Positions 18,351-27,814 of a stretch of 64,000 nt of DNA are shown piece after piece. The notes below the pieces were generated by a model that worked only from the letters and a program-made list of their open reading frames with translations, searched no databases and had not been told where the DNA came from. Every line of letters begins with the position of its first letter. Position 1 is the stretch's first letter. The DNA lies in IMG/VR virus record IMGVR_UViG_3300023179_004149, positions 186,001 through 250,000 of that record; one strand, written 5' to 3'. The translations under genes and the position numbers were made by a program.

Positions 18351-18908
18351 ATGGTAATAGGTATACTCGGACGTAAACGCCACGGAAAAGATACAATAGC
18401 GGATTATTTGGTATCCAAATATGGTTATGATAAGTATAGCTTTGCAACCCCTCTTAAGAGGGGTTGCATGGAACTCTTCGGCTTCACCGAAGAACAGGTC
18501 TTCGGTAATCTTAAAGATGAAGTAGACCCGCTCTGGGGTTGCACACCAAGGTTGATGTTACAGGTACTTGGTACCGAATTGTTGCAGTATGATATTCAAC
18601 GATACATCCCTTCATTTAAAGATGATATAGGTAGAAAAGTATGGCTTAAGTGCTTTAACAGGTATTACACCGCTAACCCAGAAAAAAACCTAACGATAGC
18701 TGATGTTAGATTCTTCCATGAATCGGAAGAAATTAAAGCGCTGGGTGGTATTATAATAAAAGTAGTGAGGCCAGGTATATCAGATGATGATTTCCACGCA
18801 TCTGAGGTGGAAATAGATAGAATGGAGTACGATCATTTGATCGTCAATGATGGTAGTCTCGAAAGCCTCTACTCAAAGGTTGATACTATAATGAATGGAG
18901 TACAATAA
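18351..18908 (+). CDS. Deoxynucleoside monophosphate kinase (T4 gp1-like)
   Basis: GRKRHGKDT P-loop, FATPLK, PRLMLQVLGTE, DVRF..E, H.SE. Confidence 0.9.
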   Translation: MVIGILGRKRHGKDTIADYLVSKYGYDKYSFATPLKRGCMELFGFTEEQVFGNLKDEVDPLWGCTPRLMLQVLGTELLQYDIQRYIPSFKDDIGRKVWLKCFNRYYTANPEKNLTIADVRFFHESEEIKALGGIIIKVVRPGISDDDFHASEVEIDRMEYDHLIVNDGSLESLYSKVDTIMNGVQ

Positions 18909-19272
18909 GTGGAATTGTATTTACGACATATTAAGTTTATATTACAATGAACTACCATTTGTCGTATCTGAATATTTTTGTCGTATTTTTAACTCTCAAA
19001 TCTTGTGTAGATTTCCGATAAAATACAAAACCTTTTTTGACCCTTTTAAAGAGTATAAAGATCATGTAACTTATCTATTTCAAAACATTGGATCCGATAA
19101 CGACGAATATAAGTTCGTCAGGTTGGTATCAATAACCATACTAATTAAATTAAACCAAGAAGAGGAGTGTATGTACAAGTTTTCAAATTTTATACATCCC
19201 ACCAATTGTCATATTGAATGGTTCGATCAGACCCCAGACGGTTATGTGGGAAGATGTACTATTTCGTTTTAG
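18895..19272 (+). CDS. Hypothetical protein
   Basis: ORF overlapping the kinase stop. Confidence 0.55.
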   Translation: MEYNKWNCIYDILSLYYNELPFVVSEYFCRIFNSQILCRFPIKYKTFFDPFKEYKDHVTYLFQNIGSDNDEYKFVRLVSITILIKLNQEEECMYKFSNFIHPTNCHIEWFDQTPDGYVGRCTISF

Positions 19273-19592
19273 AATAAACGTTTATAGTTTTTAAGCGCCT
19301 TATCTAATTTAGATTCATTTATTTGAGACTTTGTTGGTTTAGACTCATTTAATGTTTCACTAATGTGTGTTTCCGTATCGTGGAACTTAGTGTGCATCCC
19401 CGATTGTTCGTCGTCATATTTTTGAATCTGCTGGTTAATGTAACCTTCTGAGTTCTTCTCAATGTCCTTAACGGCCATTTCAAAAAATCTCTTTGCGTAG
19501 GTCAAGTATCTTTCAGATTCGGCTGTTCCGCCGTGTTCCATTGCCTTTTTAAGATTATAATCTAAGGCTGATAATATTTTATCGAATATCAT
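19269..19592 (-). CDS. Hypothetical protein with LNES/INES motifs
   Basis: C-terminal ISETLNESK...INESK. Confidence 0.6.
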   Translation of the reverse strand: MIFDKILSALDYNLKKAMEHGGTAESERYLTYAKRFFEMAVKDIEKNSEGYINQQIQKYDDEQSGMHTKFHDTETHISETLNESKPTKSQINESKLDKALKNYKRLF

Positions 19593-19603
19593 ATTTATAT
19601 GTT

Positions 19604-20239
19604 TTATACCATTTTAGATACTGGTTTATTACTCCAGGTTTTACAAGCCCAATATCTTGCTTTCCAACGAGGGCCAGGGTTTTCGCAATGATGTCTTGCT
19701 CTGAAACTCTTTCTCCTTTTAGGGTTATCTCTTTTTATTTCCATGTTAGGATCACCGAACTCAACCTTAACAACGTTTCCGTTAGCGTTTTTAACATGAA
19801 CCTTATATTTCTTACGGTCACCTTTACTAATTTTACCTAACTGAACCTTCCTACCTTTGTATTCTGCTTCATTTAAGTTTTCTTCGGTTAACATATAGTA
19901 TTCCGATAATGCGTCATTAACGACTTCTTCAAGTATTTCATATGTCATTTGACCTTCACAAATCTGTAAATTAGTGAAATCTAAATCCTCGATTATACCT
20001 TCACCAGTTTCATTAATAATAATCTCATCAATCAATGAGAATATATTTGCATTGGTAATGCTTTCCTTCTTAGATGCTTTAACGGCCTTATCCCAACCTT
20101 TCTTGTCTGGGTAATCCTCATCACCTGGTTTAGCTGGCTTTTCACCACGCTCTCTTTTTTTTCTTATGTTATCCCATAAACCATCTTCTTCGACGGTTTT
20201 TTTAACGGCTTCTTGTAGCTGTTGTTTTGTAATCTTCAT
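19604..20239 (-). CDS. Conserved-type phage hypothetical, probable head protein
   Basis: Modules GLWDNIRKKRERG and LNE|AEYKGRKV...FGDPNM...RKSFRARHHC...ARYWACKTW, separated by (L/I)xE motifs. TATTTATA upstream. Confidence 0.65.
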   Translation of the reverse strand: MKITKQQLQEAVKKTVEEDGLWDNIRKKRERGEKPAKPGDEDYPDKKGWDKAVKASKKESITNANIFSLIDEIIINETGEGIIEDLDFTNLQICEGQMTYEILEEVVNDALSEYYMLTEENLNEAEYKGRKVQLGKISKGDRKKYKVHVKNANGNVVKVEFGDPNMEIKRDNPKRRKSFRARHHCENPGPRWKARYWACKTWSNKPVSKMV

Positions 20240-20275
20240 GGAAAATAATTTATTATAAATAGTCAAATTAAATTA

Positions 20276-20301
20276 AAAAGGTGCCTAAAATGGCACCTTT
20301 T
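20276..20301. terminator. Intrinsic terminator
   Basis: aaaaggtgcc-taaaat-ggcacctttt. Confidence 0.8.
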
Positions 20302-20321
20302 ATCAATTTTTATTAAATATT

Positions 20322-20894
20322 TTACATACCGCTGCTAAATAAAACCTGAGCTTTTTCCAATAAATCATGACTTAATATAACATCACTGATTTCGGGATAA
20401 TCCAGTGTATCTGGTGTTACCAATAAAAACTCGTAGTTACCAGCGTCAACTTGAAATTCCTGAGCGTCATCTGTTACTTTCAATAAATTTTTATTATATT
20501 GATCGTTAACATAACTCATAACCGCCAAAGCTAAATCCTCCTCTGTTACATTGTCTTCCCAACCATCAGCTGGTACCATATATGTACCGTCTTCGTTCGA
20601 TTCCTCTTCTTGAGGAATAGACAAATAATCTTGCATAGCATGATAAATATCACCACCAAAACCATCACCGATACAATATAACACATCACCAGTATCAGGA
20701 TTCTTTAAAAGATATTGGTTATTATCAAACCCAACCATTTGGAATGGTTCTCTAACCACGATAGGTTCACTCATGCTCGGTTCCATGTCATCCATATAAG
20801 CCGACGGATCATCAGGGTGATGAAGTTCGTTTCTCATGGTGTACTCCATAATCATTTGAACCTGGCTCTCTGTTAGTATTAATTTTTTGCTCAT
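20322..20894 (-). CDS. Acidic hypothetical protein with ILTESQV leader
   Basis: MSKKLILTESQVQMIME start, TATTTATA upstream. Confidence 0.65.
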   Translation of the reverse strand: MSKKLILTESQVQMIMEYTMRNELHHPDDPSAYMDDMEPSMSEPIVVREPFQMVGFDNNQYLLKNPDTGDVLYCIGDGFGGDIYHAMQDYLSIPQEEESNEDGTYMVPADGWEDNVTEEDLALAVMSYVNDQYNKNLLKVTDDAQEFQVDAGNYEFLLVTPDTLDYPEISDVILSHDLLEKAQVLFSSGM

Positions 20895-20947
20895 ATTTTT
20901 TATATATAAATAGCGGGAAATAGTATAAAAAACCTCGTGTGGTGTTA

Positions 20948-21739
20948 TTATAAGTTATTTCCGCACTTAGGACAGAATGTCCAAGTATTTTTTCTTATTC
21001 TATATCCGCAACCACTACAATAGTTTTTAATATCGGATGCTTGTACTGGTTCATGGGATTGTGGTAGTATCTTCCAGTTAATACTATGGAATTGATATGA
21101 ATTAAAATTCATATCCACATTTTGTAATTTGGTATTCGAATTAGACCCCTTCTCAAGACGGCCAGTTTCTATGCTCTTACTTCTAAGACCAGAACTACTC
21201 GTATTAAGATGTTGGTTGTTATTGTAATTGCTGGATGATGTTAATGAATAACTATATAACGGATCACCGTTAGCTGTTAATGACCCATTAAAGTGTAAGT
21301 TATCCGAAACTACGGTATTGCTAACGTATGTGCTAATTATTGGGTAATTTAATGTGAAACTACTTATTATTGTCTCATCATAAAATTCAACTTGAACATC
21401 ACCGTTCATAGCAATAGCAGCCACCGCTCCTGAATCGGTCCCATCAACATTATAGGTTGAGAATTTGAATCTTTTTGAATCATCAATGAAACGATCCAAA
21501 TAGATTCTCTGACCTGGTTTAATTACAATACCACGGGTAGAAATGTAATTTCCGTTTATTTTGATTTTAGCCAATACATTAGTTGACCTAGGATTGTAGA
21601 GTTCTATTTCAAACTCATCGTTGTTAGACAAATAAATGGTGGAACCGTTTTGTCTTAATCTGTTTTTACCTTTTGTGATAAAGGCTTCTGGGTACGGCAT
21701 ATAATAAGTACCATACACAGCTGTTGTTGTGTAATTCAT
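20948..21739 (-). CDS. Hypothetical protein with C-terminal zinc ribbon
   Basis: CSGCG...FCPKCG at the C-terminus. Confidence 0.75.
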   Translation of the reverse strand: MNYTTTAVYGTYYMPYPEAFITKGKNRLRQNGSTIYLSNNDEFEIELYNPRSTNVLAKIKINGNYISTRGIVIKPGQRIYLDRFIDDSKRFKFSTYNVDGTDSGAVAAIAMNGDVQVEFYDETIISSFTLNYPIISTYVSNTVVSDNLHFNGSLTANGDPLYSYSLTSSSNYNNNQHLNTSSSGLRSKSIETGRLEKGSNSNTKLQNVDMNFNSYQFHSINWKILPQSHEPVQASDIKNYCSGCGYRIRKNTWTFCPKCGNNL

Positions 21740-21873
21740 TGTTTTCTCGTTTTATATTTTATTATACTAACCTTTTTACCGCTCTTAACGATTCAAGGGC
21801 ATCTTAGTACCCAAGGTTAATAGCCACACGAGGCTTTTTACAATTATAAATATAACCCGATTAAAAATAAACC

Positions 21874-22440
21874 CTATTTTGTCATTCGCATAAAAGCACC
21901 CAAGTCATCAGTTATAGGTTTGAGATGATAAAAAGCATAAAATGCTGATTTATTAAGTTCCCTTAATCTATCGGATAAAACAAGCTCTTGGGTATTAAAC
22001 CCACTAACTATATTAGGTTCACCCAACCCACAAACATAGAATTCTCTCTTATTTACCATACAGATGAATATGGTTTTTTTCAATGTCTTTTTATAGACTA
22101 AAGGAAACAACCCATATGAGAAGGTAACCACGGAAACGTTGTTATTTTTTGTTACCTTCGTGATGAATGATTGTTGGCCAGGCTCAAACTTATTGATGTC
22201 AACAAAATCTAATTGTAGTAATTGTTCAAGCACCACATCACCAGCTAATTGAGTATAAATCTTCTTATACTTTTCAATTTCATTAGTATTGAGCTTTCTG
22301 TTTAACTTTTTTTCATGAGCTCTAATCATGGTACCAACGGCTGTTGCTAATTTCGTGGTATGGTCATCATCTAAAATAACCTTGTTAAATCTACCAATGT
22401 AAGGAACGAAACAAGTATCGTATGTAATTTGGTTAGTCAT
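21874..22440 (-). CDS. Hypothetical protein
   Basis: Long ORF with its own Bacteroidota-type promoter. Confidence 0.65.
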   Translation of the reverse strand: MTNQITYDTCFVPYIGRFNKVILDDDHTTKLATAVGTMIRAHEKKLNRKLNTNEIEKYKKIYTQLAGDVVLEQLLQLDFVDINKFEPGQQSFITKVTKNNNVSVVTFSYGLFPLVYKKTLKKTIFICMVNKREFYVCGLGEPNIVSGFNTQELVLSDRLRELNKSAFYAFYHLKPITDDLGAFMRMTK

Positions 22441-22444
22441 AAAA

Positions 22445-22492
22445 CAAAATTAAACAAAAATTTGGAACTAACCAAATAATTACCTACTTTTG
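22445..22492. promoter_or_regulatory. Overlapping divergent Bacteroidota-type promoters
   Basis: Plus strand TTTG-N20-TACTTTTG (22461-22492). Minus strand TTTG-N20-TAATTTTG (22445-22476). Confidence 0.75.
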
Positions 22493-22508
22493 TTAAAAAA
22501 TAACCGTA

Positions 22509-24953
22509 ATGAATAAACACACAGACGAGCAATTAAAATTTATCAACTTTAAAGAGTCCGATTCCATTGTTCTTTCAGCCACAGCTGGTTCAGGTAAAAC
22601 CTATTCCGCTGTGGGTAGGTTAAATCGAATGATTGCTGACGGTGTGGATCCAACTAAAATCATTTTCTTTAGCTTTACTAATGACGCCGTAAACGAATTA
22701 CGGGCCAGAATTAAGCACGATGTGAAGATAACAACCATACATAGCTTCACCAGTACTTTGTTAGGTAAAATGGGCTTATTTAAGCCAATTGTAACGTTTT
22801 ATGACTTCACTAACTGGTATAAGGAAAAATACAAACCCCATGCTAAGGACCCGATGAAGATTAAAATGGAATATGCCAACACAGTAGATAAATTCTATGA
22901 AGAGGGTAACCAAATATCATCAACCTTCTCAGCTTATAAACTACAGTCGTCAGATGGACTTAAAGTACTAAAACCAAAATACTATGATGAGTACGCCGCT
23001 TTCATCAAAGAAACCAAAAGCCGCGATTTCTCAGATATGTTGATCGACACTGAGAAATATAGCCGAGATCCCAAATACAAACAATTTTTTGAAGGTACAT
23101 ATGAATATATATTCATCGATGAATATCAAGATACCTCAACCTTACAGATGAAAATTTTGTTGACCATCAAAGCTAAACAATATCACTTGATAGGTGACAA
23201 AAATCAATGTATTATTACCAATCAAAGAGTTATAACCGATAATGGTAGTACCTTAATACAAAATTTGAAAGTTGGTGATAATGTATTATCAGCCATGGGG
23301 TGTGGTCGAACAGGTTATAAAAAAGTTATTAATATTAATAAGGGTGTAATATCAGGCGGTATTGTTGAATTAAAAACTAAGAGCGGTAGAACAATAAAAA
23401 CCACACCAAACCACACACATTTTGCACAATTTACGTTCGATAACGAAAATAAATTTTTGGTATACTTAATGTATAAGCGTGGTTATGGCTACCGAATTGG
23501 AAAAACGGAAATTTACCCTAAGCGAAATGTAAAAAATAATTCTGATAGGTTTGGATTTAAGTTTCGCTTAAATCAGGAACACGGTGATAAAATATGGATA
23601 CTAAATTCATATAAAACATTGAATGATGCGTTTTTGGCTGAGGAAACATACTCGTTAGGCTACGGTATACCAACAATGTGTTTTGTTGCCCGAAGCGGAC
23701 AGAGTCAAGACCAGATTGATAATTTATTTAACAACATCGACACTGAATCACGTGCTACCAAACTATTACATGATTTATCCTATTCAATATTACAACCACA
23801 TTTTGTTCCTAGATCACGTAGCGGAGCCGCTACCAATGTAACAGTCACTATGTGTATGGATGGTAGACGTAAAAAACCATTACACACTTTGGAGGTAAAT
23901 GGTATCTCTGATAAGATTAAAGAATATTTTGAGAATAATGGATATTTGACGACAAATAATGGGAAAAATACGGGTTGGCGAATACGTAAACAATCAACTG
24001 ATTTGAGTCAAATCATGAGTTCGGTCACATTAATATCTGATAGTATTAATTTGATATTAAAAACTAAATTGGTTGATAAAACTTATTTACAATTACCTGC
24101 GGCTCAGGTCGTACCTGGTATGTCAGTAATGGTATGGGATGGAGATAAAATTATCATTGACGAAGTCGTTGAAAGAAATAACGTTGCTGTAGATTCAAAC
24201 GATATTTATGATGTTGATGTTGAAGACTCACACAATTTGATTGTAAATGATATTTTCACACATAATTCGATTTATGGCTTCTCGGGCGCCAACTGTGAGG
24301 CCATTGAAAACCTCCTGAAAAAGAATTATAAGACCATTGAGATGAGTTTAACCAAAAACTTTAGATCACATAAAAAAATCGTAGAAAACTCAAACAAATA
24401 TAGTTCTTTGGTTGCAATACCACATCACGAAGAAGATGGGTATATACACTCTGATTTGATCGATGAAGATACAATGTATGACATGATGGATGATGGTAAA
24501 CCATTGGCCATACTAGCACGCACAAACAACGTGATTAAAGAAATTGAAAAACATTGTCTTAAGAAAAAAATAAATATGAGATATTTTAACTATATCTCAC
24601 CATCCGATATAGAAAAGATAAGAGAGGGTAAGATAAACCCATCCTTGAAGAAAAGACTTGAGGCTGTAGCACCGTATCACGGTAACACATTTGGTTTATT
24701 AAAATTCATTGAAGATAACAAAGACTCCGATGTATTCGTTACATCCATACATAAAAGTAAAGGTCGTGAGTTTCCTAGATGTATTATTATAAACTCAGTC
24801 GATCCTGAACTATTAGTGGATCAACCTTATGACTTTGAGGATTATAGCTTTATAAGGGATGATGGAGATATTGACATCGAAGCCCGTAATGTACACTATG
24901 TGGCAGTTACGCGTCCGAAAGAAGAATTATACTTTTTGATATATGAGAAATAA
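22509..24953 (+). CDS. UvrD/Rep-family SF1A helicase, intein-containing
   Basis: ATAGSGKT, IFIDEYQD, GDKNQ|SIYGFSGA split by the intein, KNFRS, SIHKSKGREF, HYVAVTRPK. Confidence 0.92.
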   Translation: MNKHTDEQLKFINFKESDSIVLSATAGSGKTYSAVGRLNRMIADGVDPTKIIFFSFTNDAVNELRARIKHDVKITTIHSFTSTLLGKMGLFKPIVTFYDFTNWYKEKYKPHAKDPMKIKMEYANTVDKFYEEGNQISSTFSAYKLQSSDGLKVLKPKYYDEYAAFIKETKSRDFSDMLIDTEKYSRDPKYKQFFEGTYEYIFIDEYQDTSTLQMKILLTIKAKQYHLIGDKNQCIITNQRVITDNGSTLIQNLKVGDNVLSAMGCGRTGYKKVININKGVISGGIVELKTKSGRTIKTTPNHTHFAQFTFDNENKFLVYLMYKRGYGYRIGKTEIYPKRNVKNNSDRFGFKFRLNQEHGDKIWILNSYKTLNDAFLAEETYSLGYGIPTMCFVARSGQSQDQIDNLFNNIDTESRATKLLHDLSYSILQPHFVPRSRSGAATNVTVTMCMDGRRKKPLHTLEVNGISDKIKEYFENNGYLTTNNGKNTGWRIRKQSTDLSQIMSSVTLISDSINLILKTKLVDKTYLQLPAAQVVPGMSVMVWDGDKIIIDEVVERNNVAVDSNDIYDVDVEDSHNLIVNDIFTHNSIYGFSGANCEAIENLLKKNYKTIEMSLTKNFRSHKKIVENSNKYSSLVAIPHHEEDGYIHSDLIDEDTMYDMMDDGKPLAILARTNNVIKEIEKHCLKKKINMRYFNYISPSDIEKIREGKINPSLKKRLEAVAPYHGNTFGLLKFIEDNKDSDVFVTSIHKSKGREFPRCIIINSVDPELLVDQPYDFEDYSFIRDDGDIDIEARNVHYVAVTRPKEELYFLIYEK
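23208..24266 (+). mobile_element. Intein (353 aa) in helicase motif III
   Basis: Starts CIITNQ, ends ...HNLIVNDIFTHN followed by Ser. Contains TPNH block B and a central VYLM...YRIGKT nuclease-like insert. Confidence 0.92.
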
Positions 24954-24955
24954 AA

Positions 24956-24994
24956 AATAATGGGTGTTCTTATGGCATAAGAACACCCATTATT
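24956..24994. terminator. Bidirectional terminator
   Basis: aataatgggtgttcttat-ggc-ataagaacacccattatt between convergent genes. Confidence 0.88.
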
Positions 24995-25036
24995 TTTGAA
25001 TACAAGTATTTATTTCCTCTTTTTTCGTCCTAACGA

Positions 25037-26008
25037 TTAGTATCTAAGTATCTGTTTCATTCTTGCAATCTGTTCGTTAAGAGCTTTAGACGTTTCGTCT
25101 TCTTCTTCAGGTTCATCATTTTCCATCATATCTTTACCCTCTTCTTCAGTTTCTTCGTACATACCGCATTCATCACATGGTTCACCTTCTGTGTGCATGT
25201 GATCCATACCCATTTCGTGCATATCGTGGTGCATGTCAGACATATCCATACCCTCATCTTCCATACCTGGTTCTTCATTCATCCAAGTTTCATCAACCCA
25301 AGATTCGTCAGTCGGTAAATAACCTTCTTCGTAAACCTTACCTTTAGCGCCAGCTCTTAAAGCCATTTCACTTTGCCCATCTTCTTTCATATTAGGTAAA
25401 CCACTCTTCTTTCCACCAACCTCAGTTGATCCTTTAGGTGATGCTGTTGCTTTTTTAGCTTGATCAAAAGGCTTTTCAACTGGTTTTTTAACCTGTGTTT
25501 CTTGTGGTTTTCCCTTACCACCCGTTTTAGCTTGTTCAAATGGTTTTTCTGTTGGTTTTGGTGCTCTTGTCTCTTGCTTAGTAGCTGTACCGCTCGTAGA
25601 ATTGGCCATTTTTTCTTCACCTGGATTGCTCACGGTTGAAACCTTATGCATATTAACAGTGTGACCCTCGCCAGCTTTAATACCATTCAAAACGTGCTTA
25701 GTTGCTGCGTTTTTAACGACCTCGTCTTCTTTAAGGCCAGGTTTTTTAATACCTGGGTTAGAAACCGTCTTTTGGGACTTTAAATCACCACCCTTCAAAC
25801 CCGATTTAACGTGCTTAGTTGCTGCATTTTTAATACTATCACCACCAGTTTTAGGTAATGAGTTTTCATCTGCCATTGAAGCGTGAGATTCGCCGTCAAC
25901 TTCTTTCATACCTTTTACAATATGTTTTGTGGCGTCTTTGGCAACCGTACCTGCGGTTCCAGGAGTTTTTGTCGCTGGCTTAGGTGCCTGTGTTTTTTTA
26001 GTATCCAT
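25037..26008 (-). CDS. Low-complexity repeat protein ending in leader-like helix
   Basis: Repeats (K)NAATKHV x3, VSNPG x2, EKPF(E/D)QAK x2, an acidic tail, and C-terminal ALNEQIARMKQILRY. Confidence 0.75.
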   Translation of the reverse strand: MDTKKTQAPKPATKTPGTAGTVAKDATKHIVKGMKEVDGESHASMADENSLPKTGGDSIKNAATKHVKSGLKGGDLKSQKTVSNPGIKKPGLKEDEVVKNAATKHVLNGIKAGEGHTVNMHKVSTVSNPGEEKMANSTSGTATKQETRAPKPTEKPFEQAKTGGKGKPQETQVKKPVEKPFDQAKKATASPKGSTEVGGKKSGLPNMKEDGQSEMALRAGAKGKVYEEGYLPTDESWVDETWMNEEPGMEDEGMDMSDMHHDMHEMGMDHMHTEGEPCDECGMYEETEEEGKDMMENDEPEEEDETSKALNEQIARMKQILRY

Positions 26009-26102
26009 AATTTTTTATAAAATTTATTGTTTATATTCAATAAATAGTTTCATTTTAAGGAAAAATCAATAATATTTATTAATAACTAAAAAAGATTCGA
26101 CC

Positions 26103-26255
26103 ATGTATTATTTTTATTTCAGAAATGACCAGAAAAAAGAAAAAATCAACACCACAAACGAATTCACATCTCGTTTAGCGGCAGCCAAGTACTTTGCAAC
26201 CATTAAAAAAATGCAACTTAAAGAATTCTTAAGGTTATTTTCTGTTTCTAAATAA
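26103..26255 (+). CDS. Small hypothetical protein (50 aa, not in ORF track)
   Basis: MYYFYFRNDQKKEKINTTNEFTSRLAAAKYFATIKKMQLKEFLRLFSVSK, with TATTTATT upstream. Confidence 0.6.
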   Translation: MYYFYFRNDQKKEKINTTNEFTSRLAAAKYFATIKKMQLKEFLRLFSVSK

Positions 26256-26296
26256 CTTTCGATTCACATCATATATTTATCTGAAAACCATAGAGA

Positions 26297-26530
26297 ATGT
26301 ACGCTAAAGTATTGAAGCACCTTAATTCCATTAGAGAAGAATTACAAGATATAATCGACGGACAATCAGATAGATTATTAGAATCAACAAAATCCACCCA
26401 ATTACAGGATGATATACAAAGAAATGTAATTGACACAATAACCTCAGCAATAGAAGAGATAGATAACATTATTGACGCTATCGATAGTGATGACTATAAT
26501 GAAACTGATGATTACAACGAAAATTTTTAA
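26297..26530 (+). CDS. Small acidic coiled-coil protein
   Basis: Heptad-like acidic ORF, TATTTATC upstream. Confidence 0.65.
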   Translation: MYAKVLKHLNSIREELQDIIDGQSDRLLESTKSTQLQDDIQRNVIDTITSAIEEIDNIIDAIDSDDYNETDDYNENF

Positions 26531-26533
26531 CCC

Positions 26534-26791
26534 ATGAACCAAAACGAATACGTGGAAGAAGAAGAAATAACCGAAGAAAGTGGATCTGATTCTGGTTCAT
26601 TTGGTAACCCAAAAGGCGCAGGTAAAGTGTGGGATTCTGGCACCAAACGTGGTAAAGCCAACCCAATATCAAATCACGGCGAATGGGAGTCGGGTGTAAC
26701 AAGAGGCCGCGCCAACCCAGTTAAAACCATGGGCGAAGCCCTGGATAATGAATTAAATGAAATGAAAAAGTGGATGACTAAGTTAGATTAA
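26534..26791 (+). CDS. Small protein with two W(D/E)SGxxRGxANP repeats
   Basis: WDSGTKRGKANPI and WESGVTRGRANPV, C-terminal ELNEMKKWMTKLD. Confidence 0.7.
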   Translation: MNQNEYVEEEEITEESGSDSGSFGNPKGAGKVWDSGTKRGKANPISNHGEWESGVTRGRANPVKTMGEALDNELNEMKKWMTKLD

Positions 26792-26802
26792 TCTCCACTT
26801 TT

Positions 26803-27375
26803 TCATTTATTTTCACCTGCGGCGTATTTCACACCCATTATTGTACCAATAATACTGAATGAGTTGGTTAATAATATACCAAACATATTAGACCACGCCG
26901 ATTCCAATAACTTAGTATCGTAATGGTTTACCATGGCAAATACGTACAAACCAGTGGTAACAACACCAACACCAAGAACCACAATCAAAGCCACACGGAC
27001 AATTAATCCGATCAACTCAAATTGTGCCCTTTTCTGATAACTATCCAAATCCTCAACCGCAGCATCCCTCAATTGCTCAGCTTCAAATTTAGCATCCTGG
27101 GCCTCAGTTAAAGCAGCTTTTAATTTATTCATTAACCCAATATTTTCATCCTGGGCTTTGGTTAAGTCGATGTTCTGACTCTGTATCTTTTTGGTAATCT
27201 CAAGGCGTTTTTTTCTTGACTCCGTATCCAAACGCTTAGCCTCATCAAGATACGCCTTGAATTCCTCATCTGAATCCTCCTGGATCAGCTTTAATATATT
27301 ACCCTCAAGAGCAATTCTCTTTGATTTAAAAATCTCCAATAGTTGCTGCTTGGTTTCTTTATTTAAATTAATCAT
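26803..27375 (-). CDS. Coiled-coil membrane protein in two-component operon
   Basis: Coiled-coil N-part and two C-terminal TM segments, coupled to the response regulator stop. Confidence 0.75.
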   Translation of the reverse strand: MINLNKETKQQLLEIFKSKRIALEGNILKLIQEDSDEEFKAYLDEAKRLDTESRKKRLEITKKIQSQNIDLTKAQDENIGLMNKLKAALTEAQDAKFEAEQLRDAAVEDLDSYQKRAQFELIGLIVRVALIVVLGVGVVTTGLYVFAMVNHYDTKLLESAWSNMFGILLTNSFSIIGTIMGVKYAAGENK

Positions 27376-27812
27376 TATTTATATATCTTAAAAGGTGCTG
27401 TTCTATTTTTATATTTTGGGAAATCCTTTCTAAACTCTTCTAACCTGGGCTCAATCTCATCTGATTTTATTATCCAAAATTGCGCACCTGCCTTAACCGC
27501 CTTTGCTTGTTCCTCTGGCTCGTTACTCGATGATATAATACCAATAACAACGTTATTACCATGTTCAAAATTGATTCTTCTTACTAATTCTATACCATCA
27601 AACGATGACCCTATAATGTTTAAGTCCACAAATACACATTCGGGCCTCGATGTTAATTCTTTATATTTTGTTTCAAATAATTTTTCGGCATCATCTGCAC
27701 TATTTATCGACTCTAACGTTAACGTTATATCTAATAAACTACAAGCATCCTCAAATACCAGGTGGAATAAATCCTCGTCATCCACCAAAAGGATCGATTC
27801 AATCATGTTCAT
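27375..27812 (-). CDS. Single-domain response regulator (REC/CheY-like)
   Basis: ILLVDDED, VFVDLNI (phospho-Asp), DGIELV, IISSS, conserved Lys in WIIK. Confidence 0.92.
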   Translation of the reverse strand: MNMIESILLVDDEDLFHLVFEDACSLLDITLTLESINSADDAEKLFETKYKELTSRPECVFVDLNIIGSSFDGIELVRRINFEHGNNVVIGIISSSNEPEEQAKAVKAGAQFWIIKSDEIEPRLEEFRKDFPKYKNRTAPFKIYK

Positions 27813-27814
27813 TT

